Shown: piece by piece, positions 54,569 to 64,000 of the stretch | Numbering within the stretch: the first letter of the stretch is position 1 | Layout of the letters: the number at the start of each line of letters is the position of its first letter | Source of the DNA: Hormiphora californensis | Lineage: Eukaryota > Animalia > Ctenophora | Reading direction: 5' to 3' | Assembly: GCA_020137815.1 (NCBI GenBank) | Contig: CM035351.1 | Location: forward strand, 3,720,001 to 3,784,000 | DNA: 64,000 bases | The notes under the pieces: model-generated | Seen by the model: only the letters and a program-made list of their open reading frames with translations | What the model was told of the DNA's origin: nothing | The model's database searches: none | Made by a program: the position numbers and the translations under genes

Positions 54569-56223
54569 TATATATATATATTATAATCTCGTGATATATT
54601 GTTTACCAATTAATCGATCTAGCCTGACTATAATAGTAGAGACTGATTAATAAACCGTGTCCGCCATCTAAATTGACATCGATTCACCGATGAGTCACAT
54701 TTTGAAATTGCTATCTACTTAAGTGGCAGTGTTTTTATTTGGCTATCTATTATATAGTGGCACCGATCTGTGTGCATCGTCCGAAAAGGGTAACAGTGCT
54801 GCTTGTAGTCAAAATACGGTAACGCAAAATACAGTAAGGAGACACGCACGGTGCATAACGCGCAGCAAAAAGTTCATGTGTCAGCACGTACTAGCGCCCT
54901 GATTGGTCACGGTTGCGCGTCGTCTTACTGTATCTTCGTTTTCCATTACCGTTTTCCCACTACAAGCGACCGTGTAAGAGTGACAGGTATTATAAAAGGG
55001 TAAGGGCGACAGGTATTATGATAGGGTAAGGGCGACAGGTATAATAATAATACTTTTACCCAATTTTATCTGCACTGTTCCTTTTCCACAATTGTTCATA
55101 TAGTCTGATTTTAAATAAATTTAGAGTTTTCAAATTTCTTTAAATGACCATAAGTCCGGTTCCTGATGAGATAGAGACTTGAAATTTGGAGGTTACGAAG
55201 ATCTTGCTAAGTTCTTCCGAACCTCCAAATTTCATGTCTTATCAGGAACCGGAGATATGACAAATTTTGTTATTTCAGGGGTGTGACAGTTTCAAAAAAT
55301 CCGACTTTACTACAATTAATTTGGTGTGCAGCGTATGACACAGGAGCTAAATAGAAGGAGAATGGACTACCATGCCAGCTTCTAGAGCTCTGTAGAGTGT
55401 TTTCCTACTGAATTCACATCACGGGAAATTAATTAGGACCTTCATTTCGTATATAAGGCGAGACTATCTAGATTCTCTGAGATTCTGCATATTAAAGTAT
55501 TGTAGACTACCAATCTAATCTCGTTGTGGGAAATCTTCCTTTCCTTGGATTACTCCTTCACTGTGCGCTGGCAAGCACAAGGTGGCCCCATCTGCACCCA
55601 AGTGAGATATATCGTGATCCAAGGAGTGCGTAACTTTGTTGCGTTGTTCATTTTTGTCGCTTGACAGTTGCAGTTGACGTCTACTAACCCCGAAAACCAT
55701 ATCACTTGGTAGTGAGAGAGGCAGAGAGAAAGAGAGGGAGAGGGAGTTATTTCTCGGTCTCAGAGCTGTCACTGTCAGTACAATTGTTAAAATTTATGTT
55801 GCTCAGTCAGCATCAACACAATATATTCTTACGAATATCTATTTTGTTCTTCTGAATATATGAATATCTCTTTTTGTATCCCTTGTCTGAGACGACGTTC
55901 TAAAACTCGCAGCGATCCCGCCTGAACTTTAAATTCGTACGGCTAATAGTCGTACGGATTCAAGGGAAGTATTTAAATAAATAGTCGGACTATGTTGACT
56001 GAGACTATGATTCGATTTATCCGGCAGATTTTGAGGACCAGGTTTGAGACGATGTCTGACACCGAGCTAAGGTGTCAAATGAAAGGTTTTATACAATATT
56101 CAAATCGCTTATATAATTTAACTGAGCGGGCATCAGTAAGTATGTTCGTATAGTGTCAAGTGTGCGATCGTGGTCCAAGGAAGAGGAGTGCTTGGATCGT
56201 CTAGAAACAGTGTTGAGCAAGGG

Positions 56224-56422
56224 GGTATTTCAGTAAGATATATTGTGTCCTTCTATTGAGCAAGTGCCGGGTATTTCAGTAAGATATATTGTGTCCTTCT
56301 ATTGAGCAAGTGCCGGGTATTTCACTAAGATATATTGTGTCCTTCTATTGAGCAAGTGCCGGGTATTTCAGTAAGATATTGTGTCCTTCTATTGAGCAAG
56401 GGCCGTGTATTTCAGTAAGATA
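56224..56422. repeat. About 45-bp tandem repeat x4
   Basis: gggtatttcagtaagatatattgtgtccttctattgagcaagtgcc repeated. Confidence 0.85.
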
Positions 56423-56574
56423 TTTTAACAAAATAAATATTCATGTTTCTAACTGCACTGGTTAAAACAGAGATAAGTTATAAACCAATTTTATCATTTA
56501 TTCCTACGTAGGTATTCTAACGTGCACGTTGGAATTTAAATACTTAGAATTATAAATAGCATATAACTCTTTAA

Positions 56575-57024
56575 AGGTTGACAAGATACCTAAAACTTTT
56601 CGTATATCGTCTTATTTTGATTTATCATTAATTTTCAGCATTTTTTCAGAATTTTTTGTCGGCTAGAAATATGTGCAAAATAGGGGGTCTACTGACAAAT
56701 GAGTGTGCCTTTTTTAAAATTGATACTGGAATATCTCCGGTTCCTGATGAGATACAGAAACCGTTTTGGTAGCGTTGGAAAGGTATTATTGAGACCAATC
56801 CAACGCAACCAAGATCAAGTAGCTATCTTTTGAGGAACCGGAAACGTGAATTTCAATTTGCGAGACGCAGTGAGTGTGCCCAGTAAAACCAGTGCTGACA
56901 ATATCGGTAGACCCCCTTTTTCGAATTTTTTTCTAGCCGACAAAAAATTCTGAAAAAATGCTGAAAATTAATGATAAATCAAAATAAGACGATATACGAA
57001 AAGTTTTAGGTATCTTGTCAACCT
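56575..57024. mobile_element. TTAA-flanked MITE (Kolobok-like termini AGG...CCT); related copy adjacent at about 57052-57289
   Basis: TTAA|aggttgacaagatacctaaaacttttcg ... cgaaaagttttaggtatcttgtcaacct|TTAA. Confidence 0.8.
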
Positions 57025-58405
57025 TTAAAGCTTTCTCTCCGAATTGGTTAAATGGTTGACAAGATACCTAAAACTTTTCTTCTAGATCTTATTCTTTCTA
57101 CATATTTTCAGGAGTTTTAAGCATTTTTTCAGATATTTTGTCGTGTAGAAAAATATTCCAGCGCTCAGTCGCACCATGCAGAAAAAGTATATTTCAATAT
57201 ATAGTTCAGCTGCTCTCATTTTCAGCTGTTAAAAGTGGCACGGCTGAAGAAAATAAGATAGAAAAAAGTTTTAGGTATCTTGTCAACTTTTAACAAGAAT
57301 TATTTGCATTATGTATCCATAATGCTACGTTTCCCTGCCCTCTTCGATTTGTCATTCAACTCGCCCAACGAGTAAGCTGTCCGCAAAATGGGGATTTGTG
57401 TTTTTCGAATTTTTGAACAAAACGCAGAACAGATTTTTCAATTTCTCCATTTTCCCCAATCAAAACGTGCGGCCGATATAAAACAAATTTTGCCGTGCGT
57501 TACAGTTTATAGCCGCGCGCCCCTCATAAAATTTCAATTGTTTGCGCACACGCGCATGTTACTCCGCAAGTGTCAGATCGCGCACGCCCCTCCCTCGCAA
57601 CGAAAGTGTGACCAAAAAGGTCCCTCTACCGATTAGTTAGTATACCAAAATGTCGTTTTCGAATTCTAACCCTGCTATGCCTTTTTACAAAGTAAAAAGG
57701 CATTCGGGTGAATGCCTTCGGCATTCACCCGGGCAGGGAAAAAATAATAAATTGAAATATTATTTATAATGACCACGTTATGCAATCCCGGGCAATCCCC
57801 TAAATGTTAATAAAATGAATTTGTGCTTGGCATCCTTGTATGTTAATGTAGTTGCTTTTAAAAACTCATTATTTGAATTTCAATTTACACATCCTAGATT
57901 GCCTTGTTCGAACAAAGGTTTGAACAAAACAAATCCTAGATCACCTTTTCTAAACCAAAAATAAATGATTTATCTTTTCGTCTCAACCTGGTGTACAGTA
58001 AGACTGATTAGGGACAGGTTGTGTGTGTGTAGGAGGGGAGGGGGGCTACAGGTGTGCTAAGGAGACGAGTCACGAGAGAGAGGGTACGGTGAGTTAGTAG
58101 AGAGCGAGAAAGAATCCAGTAAGTGTGTCTTTGGTGAGGCATGGGAGAGCAGGGGGAGAGAGAGATGGGGGAGGTAGATGGAGAGAGAGAGATGGGGGAG
58201 ACGGAGTGGTAGTTGAGGGATAGAGAGAGACAGAATGGGATTGAAAAGAGTGAGAGAGAGATAGGAAAGAAACCAGAGAGGGGGGCAGGAAGATTGTTAT
58301 TAGCAGTAATGAGGGGGGGGGGGGGGTAAAAACACCTGCATCAGACGGCACATGTTGATGTACCCTCATACTCATCTGCCACACTCATTCTCTCTACCTA
58401 TTTCC

Positions 58406-58529
<124 letters not shown>

Positions 58530-59007
58530 TTTCTGTCTCTCCCTCTCTCTTCCTCCCTCTTCGTGGATTTTCTGTCCTTTACCATTGGTTTCAGTTCATT
58601 TTGTCTGCAGTTCATATTGCCTTCACACCATCCCCGTCTCCGCTTGTGGTTATGTTGTATGGTTATTGAGTAGAGGTCTTCCACACTGTTTTAGTTTAGT
58701 TCTTGCCATGGTTCAAAGAAGAAAAATGATTCGCTCTGACCTATTAAATTAAATTCTCTTGCTTGTGGAATGCGATAGCAAAGGCCTCGCCCGACAGTTA
58801 TATGTAGTATAACTATGTACCATATCATGATATATTTATTTAATCTAATATTCATTTTGAGCTGCGTGACAACTGACAGTATTAAGATGCGACCTAAACG
58901 CGTTTTTAGTAGTTTAGTTCAATTTTGGAACATTCTAGATCTAGATTCTAGCTAGGGCTGGCTTTATATTTGGTAAAATATTTTGCGGTTCTATCGAAGT
59001 TCTAATA

Positions 59008-59145
59008 CAGTCGGACCCCGATTTAGTGGCATCCTCGGGGGAAAAAAATCCTGCCACTAAATCGGGGTGCCACTAAATCGGGTTCAAATAATGTTAATTT
59101 CCTATATCGGAAAAAAAATCCTGCCACTAAATCGGGGTCCGACCG
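59008..59145. mobile_element. pogo/Tigger-like MITE with TA TSD
   Basis: TA|cagtcggaccccgatttagtggca ... tgccactaaatcggggtccgaccg|TA. Confidence 0.85.
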
Positions 59146-59849
59146 TAGTAATCTCATCAGATTATAAATTAGAGGGACTTAAAGACTTTTATTTTCTCCT
59201 CTACGCTCATACGTCAAGGAATGGACATTTCTAGATGATATATTGTCAGGATATCTAATTGGCTATGTCCCAGCTCTCCTGACAGGCTGGATATGTATGG
59301 CGCGTCCACCATATAAAAGCACGATCGATCTCTCATTAATTGTCGTTTTTTATTTGATCCTGAGTTATGAGTACTTAATCTTTAGGATTAAATGCACACT
59401 TTTTTAACTTTTTTAATGGTACCATGCATCGGTCTGAGTTTTTGTTCTGAGACTCAGAATCTGAGTGATTTGTGTACACTAATTTCCTCGTGATAGGACC
59501 ACTATTTTATTGGCTGGATCTGACCTAGTATACCCCTAAACTGTGCCTAAACTCTTCGTGGCCTTGTCAACAACCGATATTAAAATAGCGGTCGCTTTCT
59601 TTTCATCTTTTGAGAGAGGAAGACACCTTTCTTTCTACAAAATTGAGGTGACCTTCGGCCGTGCGTTATTTCTTAACGTTACGTTAGTTCAAAATGCTTC
59701 AGCTTGTCGCGGGGGTAACAAAGCTGACAATATGAATATGTGTATAAAATATATGATGTAGAACTTAATCAATGTACTTTCTCAGCTGTGCTCATGTAAT
59801 GAATTGCCCCCTCTTGTAGTCGTAGCTCCTCCTCTTCTCTCTCTATTTC

Positions 59850-60013
<164 letters not shown>

Positions 60014-60135
60014 TAATCGGCACTGGTTCGCCACTACCTCGATTGCTATCGACAGATCATTTGCATCAAAATTTGTTTGTGTGGTACTTTACTAATTCAT
60101 ATCACGGGTATCAGTTTCTCGCCGCTGTTATTATA

Positions 60136-60787
60136 CTGTGTGATTTTAAATGACTGAGACTGGTATATTGCGAATTGCGTGAAAACTATGGCATCTTTCG
60201 ACTTCAAATTTTGGGACATGATAAAACTAGGTTGTAGCAATTTTCTCCTAGTTTTACAGCAAATTTCAATGTTCCTGAATGAATCTATTGCCCAAAAACC
60301 TCCTCCAACTTTACACAGTCATATCTCTGGAGTCTAATGAGATAGAGAGTTCAAATTTTTAGGAGAGACAGATAAGACGATTTCGAATGTTTTGTCTGCT
60401 TTACGAGTTGCTACATTTTACCATTTGTTCACAGGAACTGTTTAAAGTGATGTAACACGCTCTAATTAGGCCAAATTTAGGTCATTTTACCCCTCAAAGA
60501 TCACATGTCCAGCTGCATCTAGTGGGCTAATGAGGCCTTGAACACGCATACGTCAAGTGTTACTGTAGGACTACAGCTCTCCTTTTCCATCTTGAACCAG
60601 CAAACATGATCATGGTGTCTGGAAGTGGTAACAAGCTGTAGAAAACCAGACAGACTAGATGCTCTCTACTTCAACGTATCACTCTCCCTTTCTCGTTATA
60701 AGGTCACGTGACTGGAATTGGGATCTCCGTCTCGACATGATCACAATGTCTACAAAGCGTTCTCTCTCTCACACACTCTCACACACA

Positions 60788-60836
<49 letters not shown>

Positions 60837-61437
60837 CCATGTCGAGATCCCAATTCCAGTCACGTGACCTTATAACGAGAAAGGGAGAGAGTGATACGTT
60901 GAAGTAGAGAGCATCTAGTCTGTCTGGTTTTCTACAGCTTGTTACCACTTCCAGACACCATGATCATGTCTGCTGGTTCAAGATGGAAAAGGAGAGCTGT
61001 AGTCCTACAGTAACACTTGACGTATGCGTGTTCAAGGCCTCATTAGCCCACTAGATGCAGCTGGACATGTGATCTTTGAGGGGTAAAATGACCTAAATTT
61101 GGCCTAATTAGAGCGTGTTACATCACTTTAAACAGTTCCTGTGAACAAATGGTAAAATGTAGCAACTCGTAAAGCAGACAAAACATTCGAAATCGTCTTA
61201 TCTGTCTCTCCTAAAAATTTGAACTCTCTATCTCATTAGACTCCAGAGATATGACTGTGTAAAGTTGGAGGAGGTTTTTGGGCAATAGATTCATTCAGGA
61301 ACATTGAAATTTGCTGTAAAACTAGGAGAAAATTGCTACAACCTAGTTTTATCATGTCCCAAAATTTGAAGTCGAAAGATGCCATAGTTTTCACGCAATT
61401 CGCAATATACCAGTCTCAGTCATTTAAAATCACACAG
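60136..61437. mobile_element. Large foldback/MITE: about 600-bp near-perfect inverted arms, about 100-bp CT/CA microsatellite spacer, TA flanks
   Basis: TA|ctgtgtgattttaaatgactgagactgg ... ccagtctcagtcatttaaaatcacacag|TA. Confidence 0.85.
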
Positions 61438-62401
61438 TACTAGTAAACTATTGTACGATATCGGGAGAATATAAATCACACCTTTTCTCCCTAGAGAATA
61501 ATGACTTGCTGCAGTTATTATAATACTAGCGACCTAATCAATCTTTTCTCCCAGCTCCCTATAGCGAGTCATAAGTTACTGCAGTTGCAAGAGCTAGTTC
61601 TTCATTGTATTTCTCTCCAAGATGAAGGTCATCTACAATTCAACAATGGAGGTTTGTGAAACACACAACGTAGATTTTTTAGACTTAGCACTAACAAACA
61701 ACACATTTTGACGTCATATAAGTTTTGAAAAATATAGTACCATTTGCTAATTTTCCAAATTTTATATGTTCCTATTGTCATGTGGCTGGGAGAAGAGGCA
61801 CAAATTTCCGTCATGCAATGACGGAGCACCTAGGGTTGGTAACCATGATTGTGATGAGGTGTGACTAGGTGTTACTAGATGTGACTAGGTGTTACTAGTT
61901 ACTAGATGTGACTAGATGTGACTAGTCACTAGGTGTGACTAGGTTTGACTAGTCCCCATGCTATTTTATAATAATTCCATGCTTCTGTTTGTTTTGTTCA
62001 AACCCGGGGGAACAGAGTCGAGCAAGGCAAGCTTCTGCAGCTGTAGACAAGTCCTATTTTGCCAGAAAATTCTCCTGATGGGATTGGGAATAGAGGAAAT
62101 AATGGGATTCTTCATCAGAGAATCAACCACCCCAACTACCTCTTTGTCATACGATGCATCCGCATAATGGGAAGTTAAGCAGCCGTGACTCTAATACTCT
62201 ATCAACCATTTGATGTTAAAATATGGTAGCTTATATTCCACTGGGCTATAGAGAGAGAAAAATTAGCCTTGTCCGGTTATAGAATGACAGGACTGGTTTA
62301 AATTGAAATGAGCCAATAGGGGACCGACTACGACCGGGGGATTTAATCCCCATCTTTTTAAATGAACCTGTCTTAAATATGCTCTTGCTTTAAATCCTGA
62401 T

Positions 62402-63057
62402 GGGGGGGGGGGGCCGGCTGAAGTTTTTGAAGTTTGAAGTTTTCCACCCTACTTTTTGAGTTTTTGAAGTTTTTGAAGTTGACTTCAAAAACTTCAAAAA
62501 CTTCAAAAAGTCTAAACTACATACTTTTATATGCTATCAGTGACTATTATTACACTTGTTTAGGTTAGTTTCATGCTTAATACATATTGTGGCAAAGTTA
62601 TCCATCCTTGTCTGCCCTTTTTCTACCAAAAATTAGGATATTTACAATGATTCCTAGCCATGAAATCCATGGCACAATTTGGTGTAAAAAATTTAAATTT
62701 TTTGTAAAAACAGATTTCATTTTCATTCTATAACTCAAAAAGTTGCCTAGAAAATGCTAAGAAAGTGTTTAAAAATTATGAAGTAAATTTTCAAAAATTT
62801 TTTTGGGGCCACACCCTTTTTGCCAGTTTCACAAAATGCAAATTTTTTATTATAAGGGAGTAGTGAAAAAAACATGGACACCAATATCATCAGCGGCCTC
62901 GAGTTTATATAAGAGTTATGAAGCAACATAGGGCCTATCTCCAACGGTTTAGGAGATATGAGTTTTTGAAGTTTTTGAAGTTTTTGAAGTTTTCCACCCT
63001 AAGTTTCTCTTTGAAGTTTTTGAAGTTGACTTCAAAAACTTCAGCCGGCCCCCCTCC
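62402..63057. mobile_element. MITE with 8-bp TSD and subterminal (GAAGTTTTT)n repeats
   Basis: TIR gg..ggggccggctgaagtttttgaagt / acttcaaaaacttcagccggccccctcc; TSD ATCCTGAT on both sides. Confidence 0.75.
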
Positions 63058-63194
63058 ATCCTGATGGGGGGAGGGGGTAATATTATCATTACTCATTATG
63101 TTACCCAGTATTTCCATTATAAATGTTGACCCTGTCTCACCGAACCAAGACATAATAAGTGCATAATGTAATACCCAATCCCCCCTTTTTTCAG

Positions 63195-63838
63195 CCAACT
63201 GACGTGGAACATACCCTGGAGGAGATTGTGTTCATATTCTCTCTTGCCGTGGTGGCATTCATCACCATCCTTGCCAATCTACTGGTAATAACCGCCTTCT
63301 GTATTGATAAACGACTTCGGAGGACCAATAATTTCTTTGTCGTATCCCTCACAATCGCAGGTAAAAACAGGAAGATGATAAATTTTAAATAATTTTGAAA
63401 GCGAGTCAAGATTCAGCTTACCTCAAAATTGGATCAATTGATTTTTCTTGAGAATCGAGAGTCGAGACACGCTTCAATTTAATATTCAGACAGTTTGATG
63501 GGGAATGGGGATTAAATGTGCCATATTTTCCTGCGTTAACCGATTTATCTTGCCAATCTCGAGACACGTCAAATCAATATTAAGCGTTCTAGGATATATC
63601 CTTCCCTAAATCACTTATCCTTTCCTAATGAATTGGGCGCTAAATTCCTATCACTTTCAGGATTTCTCTCGGGAGGTTACTCAATCCCCCTCTACTGTAT
63701 AACAAGGTGGACCCGAACTGAGCCCTTCTCCCTCTGCAAGTTGTGTGCGTTCCTTGACAACTCCCTAGCAACCGTAACCGTGTGGACTCTGGCAATGACC
63801 TCTCTCGACCGATACTACATGGTGGTCAACTATAAGAG
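63195..63838 (+). CDS. Class A (rhodopsin-like) GPCR, aminergic-like; exons 63195-63360 and 63661-63838 (TM1-TM3), incomplete at both ends
   Basis: ANLLVITAFCIDKRLRRTNNFFVVSLTIA|GFLSGGYSIP...CKLCAFLDNSL...MTSLDRY. Confidence 0.9.
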
Positions 63839-64000
63839 GTCTGTGACTATTTATACCTGTTCGTTAGATTGGTATGTGGCAAAAATCTTGAAACGTCAAA
63901 GTGGTCACAATTTTGAATTTCGGAATTATGAGTCAAACCTTTTTATTCATGGATATACATACTCTAAATACCTATCTGAAGCCCTGAAGTCTGCTAAGAT

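Overview
Eukaryotic, intron-containing, repeat-rich animal DNA with no prokaryotic features. It is probably a ctenophore (Pleurobrachia/Hormiphora-like); this is inferred only from my recollection of two short MITE families at 34775 and 59008 and was not verified by search. Genes: a duplicated MGC-start exon, an intronless SPO11 with SPO11-2-type motifs, two multi-exon genes of unknown function, a GPI-anchored Sushi/CCP protein divergent from an SR-type cyclophilin (PPIG/NKTR-like), a tandem trio of small single-pass membrane proteins, two divergently transcribed alpha-tubulins, and two exons of a class A GPCR with D3.32 running off the right end. The most unusual region is 9.6-19 kb. A palindromic MITE there is split by a TA-flanked MITE and by a 5.8-kb element with a 9-bp TSD that carries a 3.3-kb stepwise-evolving satellite. 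The region also holds three distinct retroposons that encode only a LINE ORF1-type protein, followed by a short 3'UTR, a stem-loop and a microsatellite tail, with no RT. Two head-to-tail Helitron concatemers and many MITEs with readable TSDs are also present. Several stretches (about 1-2950, 41600-42450, 48600-49930) look like poorly polished long-read sequence.
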